Below, piece by piece: positions 50,306-64,000 of a stretch of DNA of 64,000 bases (position 1 is the stretch's first letter; each line of letters opens with the position of its first letter). The notes beneath the pieces are model-generated. The model saw only the letters and a program-made list of their open reading frames with translations, was not told where the DNA came from and ran no database searches. Both the position numbers and the translations under genes were made by a program. Source of the stretch: Eledone cirrhosa (taxonomy: Eukaryota); the NCBI GenBank assembly GCA_964016885.1, contig CAXHJY010000142.1:1-64000 (forward strand), read 5' to 3'.

Positions 50306-51848
50306 GATTTCATATAAAAAACCTTGCAAAACAAATACATCCCCGCTATATATATATATATATTTATATATTTATATTTACCGAACTGCTATTCTATTAA
50401 TATATCTTTCTCTCTCTTTCTCTCCTGCAATCTATTTATATGCATGTGTGTTGTCTCATTCTATCTGCTCTCTTTTACAGTTCTACAGTACATACGTACA
50501 TAGAGACATATACATACATGTTACATATACATCTGTAGAATCAGAATCTGTCGTTCTCATTTTAACTCTTTAACATTGCAACGAGGTAAACCGGTCTTTC
50601 TCATTATTTCGTTCTTTCTTCTGTCTCTCTCTGAGAGGTCTGTGGGTGACTACTTTCCTATCTCGTGACGATTTTCATTAAACTCCGTGTCGAGAAGTAG
50701 GAGGAAAGAGAGAAAGAAGAGAGTAAATATTAAAGGACATTTATATCTATCTATCTATATATATATATATATATACATATACGCACACATACATACATTC
50801 TATCTTTCTCTCTCATTCAGCGACAAACATAGAAAGAAGCGTACGCTCTTTCATTCAGACTCACTCATTTTTTTTATCATATCATCAACCATAGGCGGTC
50901 AGAGAGACAGCTGCTCAACACCCACCGCATATATATTTATATATATATTAAAGATAATAATTGTATATATAAAAAAATCGTGTCGGTTTTATTGCCGGGA
51001 TTCCCCTCGTGTATATCATAACTTAACTGTAAAGGCAATAGCAGTTGGTCTGCTGCGGATTTCTACATGTGTCTCTCTCTCCCTCTCTTACCAATCTGTC
51101 AATAACTTTACCTTCCTACCTACCAAGATACCTGTTAAAATGTCCTTTTCGTGTAGCCTTCGGTATTGATGGATTCTCCCCTCCCCAGTCTCTTCTACCT
51201 GCTAAAAAAAGAAATCCATATTTATAAGCACCACTGACATAATTAAAAAAAATGTCATACATCTGGACAAATTAACTGGACCTGTTTATCTGGATTAAAA
51301 TTTCATGTTAATCACCAGAGGTCGGAGTTCCTTCAAAAACAAAACCTCTTATAACAACAAAAAAACAACAACAATACAGCGGATAGATAAAACAATAGGG
51401 ATCATCTGTAGTGAAAGGGGGTCATCTGACGACGTTTCTTGTTTAACCATATCATTTGGAACTGTTATCCACAGGGAACTACCGTAACAGCATCGACATA
51501 CATGAATGAAGCTTTAAAAGGGTTAGTGCGTTTGACGAATTCTTACTAATTCTTCCCCTTTCCATCTCATCTTTTTACCCAAGTCATTTCCAGGATTCCA
51601 TGTCCTACATGTCACCCGTTCACTTAACCAGTGCCGAAATCCCTGAAGGTGTGATAAACTTGTAAGTCCATGCCGAAAGAGATGGTCCGAGAACATGCGA
51701 CACATTCCCTTCTAAGAATTGAACTAATTAACACGTTCGTAGTTCTTTTCAACCCTCCCCCTTCATATACTCACACACAAAACTGACCCTACACCGATCG
51801 ACTGTATCCTTAATTTTCATATTTTCCGAGGGCTCTTGATTTATCATT

Positions 51849-51895
<47 letters not shown>

Positions 51896-52769
51896 GTATA
51901 TATATTTTGATATCCTTCAAACCAGCCTCGGCTTTAGAGAGCCCTGTTTCAAACCAGGCACTTCTCTCTGGTGCCACCGTTCATCTTTATATATATATAT
52001 ATATATATGTATATGTATGCACGCACGCAACCCAACTAAAAGAATTTGTTGGCTATCTCTTAAGGATTTACTGTTATTTAAACTAAACTATCCGAAACGA
52101 AATCATTTTGGGACCAGATATACGCAGGGAATATGTTCTACCAAATCCGGTAAGTATCTTTTAATAATATGAGTAATAATTATCATTATATTGATCGCAA
52201 GTATGGTGTTGTTGAAATTTCACGTTTTCTTTCCCGGTTTTTAACAGACATATTCGTTATTATCATCAATCAAACCAATTCGCATCCTATTTGGTTTATT
52301 TTTTACCATTGGAGATAATTAGTTTTCCGTTTTTATTGGCGTGTATGTAGGGACATAAAGAGAACGGCATGAACATCACAACTTACTTTTTTCTCTATCT
52401 AGCTCGATGCTTCATGCTTGTAAGAGATTTACCCGTTTCATCAATGAAACGATTGGAATTCATGTATATATGATCGTATCTGTATGTGTGTAAGATGTAT
52501 GAAAAAAAAAACCGTCAGCTTTCTATCAGTAAAAAAAAAGTAAACAGCACTTGTTAAATTTAAAAAAAAAAATGTTATCGCGAAACTCTGCTTCGTTATT
52601 ACAGCATCTATTTTACATTAAAAAAAAATTGAATTTCTTCCACAATTTCCCGTAGAATCTCCGTTTCTTTATTTCTACCTACTACCGTTCGTCTCAACTG
52701 GTGCTTCACATGTTTCTCTCTCTATCTTTCTGTCTATCTCTATCTGTGTTTAACTATCGTTTCATATAC

Positions 52770-53042
52770 ACTCAACAGATCTATCACTTCTTATACACTA
52801 AATAGATCTACTTCTCTATCTGTGTCTATCACTTTATATACACTTAACAGATCTACCTATCTATCTGTCTATCACTTCTTATATACTTAATAGATCTACC
52901 TCTCTATCTGTGTCTTCACTTTATATACACTTAACAGATCTATCTCTCTATCTATCTGTCTATCACTTCTTATATACTTAATAGATCTACCTCTCTATCT
53001 ATGTCTATCACTTCTTATACACTTAATAGATCTACCCCTCTA
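52770..53042. repeat. About 43-bp minisatellite (about 6 copies)
   Basis: TATCACTT(C)TTATA.ACTTAA.AGATCTACCTCTCTATCT repeated. Confidence 0.8.
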
Positions 53043-53679
53043 CAGCGAATATTCTACAGAACGCAAAAATGCGAAATGAGGAACAAAGCGACGTATTATT
53101 TAAATTAAACTGCGAACCGGTATTACTTTTAATTTACCTGAGAATAATTGGTATTTAGAACACCTAAACATTCTCACATGTTTGCTGTGTCAATTAAACA
53201 CACTCGCTCTCAAACAAATTTACACTCCTTTGGTAAAAAATCTAAACATCGTCACTGAACGAGAAAAATAAATTAAGACTAGAGCTATATCTACATAAAC
53301 TTGTATTCTGAACCAGTTTACCAAATGTTTTTTTACCATCTAAATTAACAAATACCTTACACATCTCACATATTTCCCCCCTCGACGTATCTAAAGAAGA
53401 CATACAAAAAAAAGAGATAGGGACGAAAGCAACAGATCTATATTTCTAAATTTCGTTAGTTACTTACATAAATCGGAACGGAAGCAATTCTACCATCAGA
53501 AGCTATAATTATATTTCAAATTAAATTTGTTCGCGATTTTTAACCCCTTTTCTTTTAAAAATATAAAAATATTATATATATTTATTTATTAACATTCAAA
53601 CACGCTATTTTTAGTAAGAACTACGAACAGATTATCTAAAATACTCTCCATGATCACACATACACACACACACACAAAT

Positions 53680-53778
53680 GGATTCTACAGGACTAGAATT
53701 GTTTCATTCGAAGGAAATCATTGTATACACATTACAAATGTATTGAGTACCTTACTGTGGTTACCCCCGATTAAACCC
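53680..53778. mobile_element. Deleted copy of the 18192/28222 hammerhead element family
   Basis: Inverted arm TTCTACAGGACTAGAATTGTTTCATTCGAAGGAAATCAT plus tail ATGTATTGAGTACCTTACTGTGGTTACCCCCGATT. Confidence 0.65.
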
Positions 53779-53949
53779 AGGACTCTCTCCCCCTATCTCT
53801 CACACACAACAAAACACATACAAACACATGTATATCACGCACAATGTATGTAAATATATGTATATGTATGCATATATATATGTATTTGTATATATATATA
53901 TGTATACATAAATATATATATGTATACATAAATATATATATGTATATAT

Positions 53950-54318
53950 ACAATATATTAATAAATGGAAACTATATTTATAAAACCATATTTATTTTAT
54001 TATATATATTTCAAGGGCAACCAAGGCAAATTATGGTGCGCTTTCATCAGATGAAATACAAATTTGTTTTATAAATAAATATTGACATACCCGGAAAAAA
54101 GACAACCTTAACGGTTGGAGCTTCCTATAGCTTCACTATCCAGGAAGCTCCAACCGTTAAGGTTGTCTTTTTTCCGGGTATGTCAATATTTATTTATAAA
54201 ACAAATTTGTATTTCATCTGATGAAAGCGCACCATAATTTGCCTTGGTTGCCCTTGAAATATATATAATAAAATAAATATGGTTTTATAAATATAGTTTC
54301 CATTTATTAATATATTGT
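53950..54318. repeat. 177-bp inverted repeat with 15-nt spacer, containing a hammerhead motif
   Basis: Arms 53950-54126 and 54142-54318 read as exact reverse complements by eye; CTGATGA at 54218 and GAAA at 54256. Confidence 0.85.
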
Positions 54319-54404
54319 GTATTTACTCCACTAACTTGTTGAGTGCTTTATATCAATTATAAAAATGTTTAAGCTTGTTGAATCCCAACAAATTAAATAT
54401 AACC

Positions 54405-54456
<52 letters not shown>

Positions 54457-54554
54457 TTTATAAATATATGTATATTATATAAGTATATCATCATCATCGT
54501 TTTACGTCCACCTTCCACGCTAGCATGGGTATGTAAGTATATATATATATATAC

Positions 54555-54626
<72 letters not shown>

Positions 54627-55164
54627 CATGTGCGTGTGTGTGTGTATATATATATATATACACATACACAATTAAACCCATTCTGTATGAGCAAGACACG
54701 GTCACTTGATCTTGTCTCACAATGTCACAACTCGTCTAACCCATGCTAACATGGAAAATGGACGTTAAACGATGATGATAATACACACACACACACACAC
54801 ACATATATATACAACACAGGGTTGTAAGTAGGTCTTACAATCACTTATTATATTTCCATCAGTGTTTATTTCATTATTCTAGCATTTCACTTGATTAATA
54901 CCAGTTATATATTTGGGTCGATTCCAAATGATCCCCACCCCATACACCAAATATTTAAAGAATGCTTCCCAGTACCCCAAATATAACATATTGTAATATA
55001 ATATATGTATACATTTGTATGTATATGTATATATATATATATATATATATACAGTTATGTAATAAACAACATAAGATCATTATTTCATTTACCAATGGTT
55101 ATAAAATAATAAATATTTTTTCTGATGTATGTATGTGTATATGTATATATGTGCATGTATGTAT

Positions 55165-55195
<31 letters not shown>

Positions 55196-55395
55196 GTGGT
55201 CGTTACAGTGCCATGATAAAGGGCTCACAGTAAAATGGTTGGCGTTAGGAAGGGCATCCAGCCGTAGAAGCCAAGCCAGAAACAGTTCTGTATGAGCAAG
55301 ACACGGTCACCTAACCTGAATTGACTCAGTTGGGACAACCCATCGAAGTTATGCTAGCGTGGAAAATAGACAATGATGATTATGATATATATGTG

Positions 55396-55453
<58 letters not shown>

Positions 55454-55459
55454 CATGTG

Positions 55460-55514
<55 letters not shown>

Positions 55515-55883
55515 GTGTATGTATTTATGCATGTATATACACACACACACACACACACATATACATAGAGGTTACCATGTAAACAAACTCCGTAGGTGTG
55601 GGCTAACTGCCCAAATTTTTTTCTCTCCTTTATTTCATCTCTTTCCTTTCCATGATACCCACCCTCTTTACCAAAGAAGGACTTGGGTCAAAAAGTCAAC
55701 AATAGCTTTTTTTAACCTTCTCAGCATCAAACAAATAATTTCAATTGTTATTTCTGCACTCTACAGAATGTCCTGAAGAGACCTCTTGATCCTTTGTTTG
55801 GCAAGTTTTCTATGGCCGGATGTTTCTGTCTGTTAGCAAACACTTTATAATAATGTGGTTTTTATCATGGTACCCAACACTAA

Positions 55884-56103
55884 TCCGTCAGCATTTAAAC
55901 CGGCCATAGCCGGCCAGAATTTTCTCACCTTTTACTGCTCAAATTGGCTGTGACCGGCTGCTCATACTGATGTTAAGGTATTGTTCTCAAAATAAATAAT
56001 ATCAAAATCTCATAGATTCGATATTATGTGAGATAATTATGTAAGATAAAGCCTTAACCGTGAAAATACAATAGTATATATAGAGTAATGTATATGCTAA
56101 GGG
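55884..56103 (-). mobile_element. TTAA MITE (reverse orientation)
   Basis: Same internal sequence as the other copies; the neighbouring duplicate at 56242-56256 shows the empty site CCCAACA-TTAA-GGAGG. Confidence 0.8.
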
Positions 56104-56343
56104 TTAAGGAGGATGTCGGGACTTTGACATAATTGAAGACTTCTCTCAATTTTTTTCTCACAAGTTTTCTATGGCTAAATGTCTCTTTCTGTTAGCCACC
56201 ACTTTATAGAGTGTACAGTGGGTGGTGTTTTATCGTGGTACCCAACATTAAGGAGGTTGCTGTGACCATGACACGACTGAAGTCTTTTCTCAACAGTTTT
56301 CTGGCAAGTTTTTTTTTGTTTTATATATAGCTGAATGCCTCTC

Positions 56344-56755
56344 CTGTAAAGTGGTTATGTAGGTGTCACGATAAAAAGCACCCAACCCACACTGTAAAGT
56401 GGTTGTGTAGGTGTCATGACAAAAAGCACCCAGTCCACACTGTAAAATGGTTGTGTAGGTGTCACGATAAAAAGCACCCAACCCACACTGTAAAGTGGTT
56501 GTGTAGGTGTCATGACAAAAAGCACCCAGTCCACACTGTAAAGTGGTTGTGTAGGTGTCATGACAAAAAGCACCCAGTCCACACTAAATGTGGTTGGCAT
56601 TAGGAAGAGCATCTAACCACAGAAACCTAGCCAAAATCAGTTTTGTATGAGTAAGACATGGTCATCTGATCTGGCTTGTCTCACAATTGGACAACTTATC
56701 TAGCCTATGCTATCATGGAAAAATGGACATTAAACGGTGATGATGATGATGATTG
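56344..56755 (+). repeat. 48-bp tandem repeat (5 copies) continuing into a Meta-like SINE
   Basis: Unit CACTGTAAAGTGGTTGTGTAGGTGTCATGACAAAAAGCACCCAGTCCA runs into GTGGTTGGCATTAGGAAG...GGACATTAAACGGTGATG. Confidence 0.8.
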
Positions 56756-57559
56756 CAAAAATGGCAGAACAAAATACCACAAGGCATTGTATCTGACCCA
56801 CTAACAGTAATGTCAGCACCTCCTTCTCCAATCTCCCACATCTGTTCCTTTGGACTAATTGAAATGTCACTCCAGGTAGAGTCGCTACTTCTCTGAATTG
56901 AGAGATCACAGCTCCGGTACTATGAGCATGTGGTTAGAATGTCTCGGGAAAGAATTGCTGGATTAATTTTACGGGCAAAACCAATCAACAGGAGACTCAG
57001 GAATAGACTCCGCATAAGATTGTTGGATAACATCCATCAGCTTGGCTTATTCTCATTTGGGGATCCAGCCAGGTCAATTAAAGACTGTTGCTTCTAACAG
57101 GACCCACTGCAAGGAGTGTTTGAAGACTCTTCCTTCCATGGGGCTAGGCTGATTTCGCTTGGGGATCCAGCCAGGTCAGTTAAAGACTGTTGCTTCTGAC
57201 AGGATCCGTTGGAAGGAGTTTTTGAGGACTCTGCCCTCCACAACCCTTTCAGGAATAAGTGCGCGAAGAAGAAGGTTGATCTCAAAGAGCCAGAACTAAT
57301 ACTGCAAATCATTTTTTTTTCTTTTCGTTTCTATGCTCTAATAACTCTGCCAAATCCACTGTTTTAAAATATACAGCATGCCTTAATGGTACACCAGTCC
57401 ACATATACACTTGCTTTTGTAAGATGTCCACAGAAATACATTATATATTCCTGTACCTAGTATTATATATATAGGAAAGGTCGATAGAGAAAGAAATGTA
57501 AACAGACTGGAACAAAAGATTCATATAAATTGTTGTTGTTGTTAATATTTGATTGAGCT

Positions 57560-58410
57560 CAATCCGACCATGACCATCACATCAGTATTTTCTATCCTCC
57601 ATGTAAACAAGAGTGCCAGCTAGAGATATATAGGTTTAGATACTCTGTCAATCCGACCATGACCACCACAACAGTTAGAGATATATAGGTCTAGATACCC
57701 TGTCAATCCGACCATGACCACCACAACAGTACTTTCTATCCTCCATGTAAACAAGAGTGCCAGCTAGAGATATATAGGTCTAGATACTCTGTCAATCCGA
57801 CCATGACCACCACAACAGTACTTTCTATCCTCCATGTAAACAAGAGTGCCAGCTAGAGATATATAGGTCTAGATACTCTGTCAATCCGACCATGACCACC
57901 ACAACAGTACTTTCTATCCTCCATGTAAACAAGAGTGCCAGCTAGAGAGATATAGGTCTAGATACTCTGTCAATCCGACCATGACCACCACAACAGTACT
58001 TTCTATCCTCCATGTAAACAAGAGTGCCAGCTAGAGAGATATAGGTCTAGATACTCTGTCAATCCGACCATGACCACCACAACAGTACTTTCTATCCTCC
58101 ATGTAAACAAGAGTGCCAGCTAGAGAGATATAGGTCTAGATACTCTGTCAATCCGACCATGACCACCACAACAGTACTTTCTATCCTCCATGTAAACAAG
58201 AGTGCCAGCTAGAGAGATATAGGTCTAGATACTCTGTCAATCCGACCATGACCACCACAACAGTACTTTCTATCCTCCATGTAAACAAGAGTGCCAGCTA
58301 GAGAGATATAGGTCTAGATACTCTGTCAATCCGACCATGACCACCACAACAGTACTTTCTATCCTCCATGTAAACAAGAGTGCCAGCTAGAGATATATAG
58401 GTCTAGATAA
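57560..58410. repeat. 89-bp minisatellite (about 10 copies, one internally deleted)
   Basis: CAATCCGACCATGACC at 57704, 57793, 57882, 57971, 58060, 58149, 58238 and 58327. Confidence 0.95.
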
Positions 58411-58519
58411 GCACACACTTAGACAATGGCGACGACGGCTGATGTATCGGTGACAATGACACTCCTTTGAAGAAAATGAAAAAATCTTGTTAGGATTCTT
58501 AATTTCCCGGATTCATTTC

Positions 58520-59062
58520 TTATATTACACTTACGGCGTCGATAAAATAAAGTACCAGTAATGCACTGGGGTCGATTTAATTGATTTTCCCTTCCCCCAA
58601 ATTGCTGGCCTTGTGCCTATATAAGAAACCATTATTATTGGCAGTACCGGGTGGATTGGCAGTATCGGTGGAGAGTTGGACACCATGCTTTACAGCATAG
58701 AGTTACGCCCCTTTATGGTCTGAGTTCAAATCTTACCGAGGTTAACTTTACCTTTCATCCTTACGAGGTCGATAAAATAAAGTACCAGTAATACACTGGG
58801 GGGGGGGGGGGCATTTAATCAACTTTTCCTTTCCTCCAAATAATGGTTTCTTATATAGGCACAAGGCCAGCAATTTTGGGGGGAGGGGAAAGTCGATAAA
58901 ATCGACACCAGTGTGTGACTGGTACTTTATTTTATCGACCCCGTAAGGATGAAAGGCAAAATTAACCTCGGCGAGATTTGAACTCAGAATGGCAAGGGCA
59001 GTAACTCTATGCTGCAAAGCATGGCGTCCGACCCTCTACCGATACTGCCAATCCACCGCCTT
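58520..59062. mobile_element. Cluster of Nin-like SINEs, including a convergent pair
   Basis: Plus copy 58650-58840 and minus copy 58842-59062 meet tail to tail. Confidence 0.8.
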
Positions 59063-59204
59063 AATAATATTAAGTAAACCTACTACAGCCAGTAGGCACC
59101 TCTAACAAAAATACACCCCCCGTCCCACTACTCCCACCCCATCCACACCACCCCTTTCAATGCGAAGTTATGTTGGTGTCACAACATCCAGTTCGAAATA
59201 AATG

Positions 59205-59445
59205 AGGTCGTGTAGGTGTCACGACAAAAAAACACACAGTCAACGCTGTAATGTGGCCGTGTAGGTAACACGGTAAAAACCTCCCAGTCCACACTGTAAA
59301 CGTGGTTGGTGTTAGGAAGGGCATCCAGCCGTAGAAAACCTGCCAGACAGTCCTATACGAGCAAGACAACCAATCTTGCCTCAAGTGGGGAAAACTCCCG
59401 TCCAAACCCATGCTAGCTTGGAAGATGGACGTTAAACGATGATAT
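59205..59445 (+). mobile_element. Meta-like SINE with RTE tail
   Basis: GTGGTTGGTGTTAGGAAGGGCATCCAGCCGTAGAAAACC...GGACGTTAAACGATGAT. Confidence 0.8.
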
Positions 59446-59630
59446 CCTTGCTCTCTCTGTCTGTCTCTCCTCCCACTCATGTCTGGTTTATAACTGGCAG
59501 ATTATGAATGGCAAACCTGTTTCAGATTCATTTGAGAGATGGAGAGATCTAGTTGTTGATACTACTACTACTACTACTACTAGTATTGCTGCTACTACTA
59601 CTACTACTACTACTACTACTAGTATTGCTG

Positions 59631-59672
<42 letters not shown>

Positions 59673-60057
59673 TTACTACTACTACTACTACCACCTGTGT
59701 TACCAGTAGTATTTTTCTACATTACTATAACCACCACCTCCAACTGTTACTCCCACTACTATCACCACCACTACCATGACCACAATCATTAGGGGGTGAG
59801 CGGGGATGGCAGGTGTGTGGGTTTTAGTTGACCTTGTTATGAACCCATGGAGAGAGAAGGCTGACCACATTCATATAGTATACATATAGTGTACATATAG
59901 TGTTGTCTTGTTAGTATTTAACCCTTACCACCACTGATCAACCATCATCTAAGCTGCCCTATCCCAAAGGCATTCCAAACGTGACCATCCCATAATTCTC
60001 TCCCACCCACTACAGGAGCATGGCACCCAGCACTACATTATTCAATGTGTCCTTTTC

Positions 60058-60910
60058 TTTTTTCTAAAAAGGTTAGGTTGTGATATGAGGGAGATTTGGT
60101 TCCTATTTCTAGCATGTCAAACGTCTGCATACAGGTATATGTGGCCTCTAGTTAAGTCCTTTTCTAAAAAGGTTAGATTGTGAAATGAGGGAGATTTGGT
60201 TCCTATTTCTAGCATGTCAAACGTCTGAATACAGGTATATGTGGCCTCTAGTTTAGTCCTTTTCTAAAAAGGTTAGGTTGTGAAATGAGGGAGATTTGGT
60301 TGCTATTTCTAGCATGTCAAAGTCTGAATACAGGTATATGTGGCCTCTAGTTTAGTCCTTTTCTAAAAAGGTTAGGTTGTGAAATGAGGGCGATTTGGTT
60401 GCTATTTCTAGCATGTCAAACGTCTGAATACAGGTATATGTGGCCTCTAGTTTAGTCCTTTTCTAAAAAGGTTAGGTTGTGAAATGAGGGAGATTTGGTT
60501 GCTATTTCTAGCATATCAAACGTCTGCATACAGGTATATGTGGCCTCTAGTTAAGTCCTTTTCTAAAAAGGTTAGGTTGTGAAATGAGGGAGATTTGGTT
60601 GCTATTTCTAGCATGTCAAACGTCTGAATACAGGTATATGTGGCCTCTAGTTTAGTCCTTTTCTAAAAGGGTTAGGTTGTGATATGAGGGAGATTTGGTT
60701 CCTATTTCTAGCAAGTCAAACGGCTGAATACAGGTATATGTGGCCTCTAGTTTAGTCCTTTTCTAAAAGGGTTTAGGATGTGATATGAGGGAGATTTGGT
60801 TGCTATTTCTAGCAGGTCAAACGGCTGAATACAGGTATATGTGGCCTCTAGTTTAGTCCTTTTCTAAAAGGGTTAGGATGTGATATGAGGGATATTTGGC
60901 TTCTATTTCA
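60058..60910. repeat. 100-bp minisatellite (about 8.5 copies) derived from a SINE segment
   Basis: TTTCTAAAA at 60061, 60161, 60261 and onward; unit contains GAGGGAGATTTGGTTGCTATTTCTAGCA, the reverse complement of the SINE core at 32922-32950. Confidence 0.9.
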
Positions 60911-61492
60911 AGGCCAACAATTTTAAAGGAGAGAAAAGTCGATTAAATCGACCCCAGTGTGTCACTGGTACTTTATTTTATCGACCCTGTAAGGATGAAA
61001 GGCAAAGGTAACCTCGACAGGATTTGAACTCAGACTGTAAAGTACCATAACTATATACCACAAAGCATGTCGTCTGATGCTCTACTGATACTGCCAATCC
61101 ACCGTTTGTTTAAACTTAAGGAACACTCCAGATCTGAGTGTTGAGTGGAGGTAGAGGGCTTATGAGTGGAGAGGAATGGTTGTGAAGTGTGTGTGGGGGT
61201 GGGTTGTGAAGTGGAGTAAGATGTTAGTGGTTCCTGATCACTTGTTATGTAACAGGCATAACATAGTCTCTGACATACACATTAATTAGTTAATTAGTTC
61301 ACACACTCACACACAAGCCAATCATACACACACAGGCACACATGCCAGTCACACACACACATCACTATCCACACACACACACACACACACACCACTTACT
61401 CCGCCACCCACACCACACAGCTATTTCTATACATTAGAATTTTTTTGTTTTTAATAACAAAATTAACTGCTAATTAAAAGTAGTAACAACAC

Positions 61493-61535
<43 letters not shown>

Positions 61536-61809
61536 TATCCACAACCAATACAATCATATATAGATGGACACACATACACACCCATTCATTCCATATTTGG
61601 ACATGGTTTCTATAGTTGGATGCCCTTCCTAACACCAACCACTTTACAGAGTGTACTGGGTGTATTTGATCAAGTCACCAATACTAGAGTGGTTGTCATG
61701 TACTCTGCAAGATTGAAGTGTTCTTTCTATTCTGTATAGTCTTCATTTGACCATCAACAACTTTACAGAGTGTATCATCATCATTGTACGTCCGCTTTTC
61801 CTTGCTTGG

Positions 61810-62900
61810 GTGTATTTTATTGTGGCACCAACTCTAGAGTGGTTGTCAGGTACTCTGCAAGATCGAAGAGTTCTATTCTGTATTGCCACCATTTGATCAT
61901 TAGACACTTTATAGAGTGTATTTTATTGTGGTGCCAACTCTAGAGTGGTTGTCAGGTACTCTGCAAGATCGAAGAGTTCTATTCTGTATTGCCTCCATTT
62001 GATCATTAGACACTTTATAGAGTGTATTTTATTGTGGCACCAACTCTAGAGTGGTTGTCAGGTACTCTGCAAGATCGAAGAGTTCTATTCTGTATTGCCT
62101 CCATTTGATCATTAGACACTTTATAGAGTGTATTTTATTGTGGCACCAACTCAAGAGTGGTTGTCAGGTACTCTGCAAGATCGAAGAGTTCTATTCTGTA
62201 TTGCCTCCATTTGATCATTAGACACTTTATAGAGTGTATTTTATTGTGGTGCCAACTCTAGAGTGGTTGTCAGGTACTCTGCAAGATCGAAGAGTTCTAT
62301 TCTGTATTGCCTCCATTTGATCATTAGACACTTTATAGAGTGTATTTTATTGTGGTGCCAACTCTAGAGTGGTTGTCAGGTACTCTGCAAGATCGAAGAG
62401 TTCTATTCTGTATTGCCTCCATTTGATCATTAGACACTTTATAGAGTGTATTTTATTGTGGTGCCAACTCTAGAGTGGTTGTCAGGTACTCTGCAAGATC
62501 GAAGAGTTCTATTCTGTATTGCCTCCATTTGATCATTAGACACTTTATAGGGTGTATTTTATTGTGGTGCCAACACTAGAGTGGTTGTCAGGTACTCTGC
62601 AAGATCGAAGAGTTCTATTCTGTATTGCCTCCATTTGATCATTAGACACTTTATAGAGTGTATTTTATTGTGGCACCAACTCTAGAGTGGTTGTCAGGTA
62701 CTCTGCAAGATCGAAGAGTTCTATTCTGTATTGCCTCCATTTGATCATTAGACACTTTATAGAGTGTATTTTATTGTGGTGCCAACTCTAGAGTGGTTGT
62801 CAGGTACTCTGCAAGATCGAAGAGTTCTATTCTGTATTGCCTCCATTTGATCATTAGACACTTTATAGGGTGTATTTTATTGTGGTGCCAACACTAGAGA
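61810..62900. repeat. 106-bp minisatellite (about 10 copies) derived from a Meta-like SINE segment
   Basis: GATCGAAGAG at 61861, 61967, 62073 and onward; degenerate flanking units merge into SINE sequence CCCTTCCTAACACCAACCACTTTACAGAGTG at 61623. Confidence 0.9.
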
Positions 62901-63391
62901 AGTTGACTTGGACTTGGCAAGACTGAAGACCCTTGTCTACACTGTATTGTTTCAATTCGATTGCAACCACTTTACAGAGTGTACTGGGTGTATTTCGTCA
63001 TGTCATCAGCACTAGAGGAGTTGACAGTCCTCGCTACACAGTATTGTCTTCATCTAATTGCCAGCCACTTTACAGAGTATACTGGGTGTATTAGACGGTG
63101 TTACCAACACTGAAAAGACAGTGGTGGTGGTGGTGGTGGGGTCTTTAACATACAACACACAGCATATATAACTAAATAAGTGTACTGCCTGTAAATTTAG
63201 CCTGGCACTGTACCATTCCTGTTAATTCATCTGTATTGATTAGGCTTTACCTCAGTATTGATTTCGTACTTCTGCACCAGAACCATAGCATGTTATTTCA
63301 TTATTTAGTATTTAACTTTACTAGATGGTAGATTATTCAGTCCTCCGATCTAAAAACCTACATTCTCATCAAACTCTAAACCTATTTAACA

Positions 63392-63426
63392 GTATATATA
63401 TATATATATTTATATATATATAGTAG

Positions 63427-63487
<61 letters not shown>

Positions 63488-63686
63488 GTATATATATATA
63501 TAGTAGTGTATATATATATATATAGTAGTGTATATATATATATATATAGTAGTGTATATATATATATATAGTAGTGTATATATATATATATAGTAGTGTA
63601 TATATATATATATAGTAGTGTATATATATATATATAGTAGTATATATATATATATACACAGTAGTATATATATATATATATAGTAG

Positions 63687-63717
<31 letters not shown>

Positions 63718-64000
63718 GTATATATATATATATAGTAGTATATATATATATATATATATATATATAACGAAGGAAATGTGGTAAGGAACCAGATGGACCA
63801 TAACACACCAAAGTACTCAATACTTAGGGTAGTAGAGTGGGTAATAGGAACAAGTATGACCCCTACTCGTTCCTATATATATATATATATATATATTGTA
63901 GTATATATATATATATATATATTGTAGTATATATATATATATATATTGTAGTATATATATATATATATATTGTAGTATATATATATATATATATTGTAGT
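63392..64000. repeat. (TA)n microsatellites with periodic GTAGT interruptions, split by a 110-bp unique insert
   Basis: Directly visible. Confidence 0.9.

Noticed and set aside
58650-58745. tRNA genes at SINE heads
   Set aside because: A/B boxes are present, but there is no cloverleaf or acceptor stem and each continues into a SINE body.

Overview
AT-rich, microsatellite- and SINE-dense animal genomic DNA. The SINE repertoire suggests a cephalopod (Octopus-like) genome; this is inference. Two protein-coding genes sit head to head. The first six coding exons of PIK3C3/Vps34 are on the minus strand (ATG at 29663; the gene continues off the left edge). A complete PLRG1/Prp46 is on the plus strand (31402-34556, about 476 aa) and has only one intron. 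A 5'-truncated CRE-clade retrotransposon lies between the two start codons. The rest is mobile DNA and repeats: RTE LINE fragments (one with a PHD-like finger inside the RT), an R4/Dong-like 3' end in (TAA)n, several SINE families, TTAA- and hAT-type MITEs, a candidate solo LTR, a 7-kb 32/36/39-bp satellite with higher-order structure, and many minisatellites derived from SINE segments. The most interesting signal is a set of short elements inserted in (AT)n tracts that carry type I hammerhead ribozyme motifs, often as mirror-image palindromes (Penelope-like pseudo-LTRs). A second (AT)n-associated element has a structured, possibly HDV-like, leader. Apart from those overlapping these genes and the CRE element, nearly all ORFs in the supplied track are microsatellite translations or antisense shadows.
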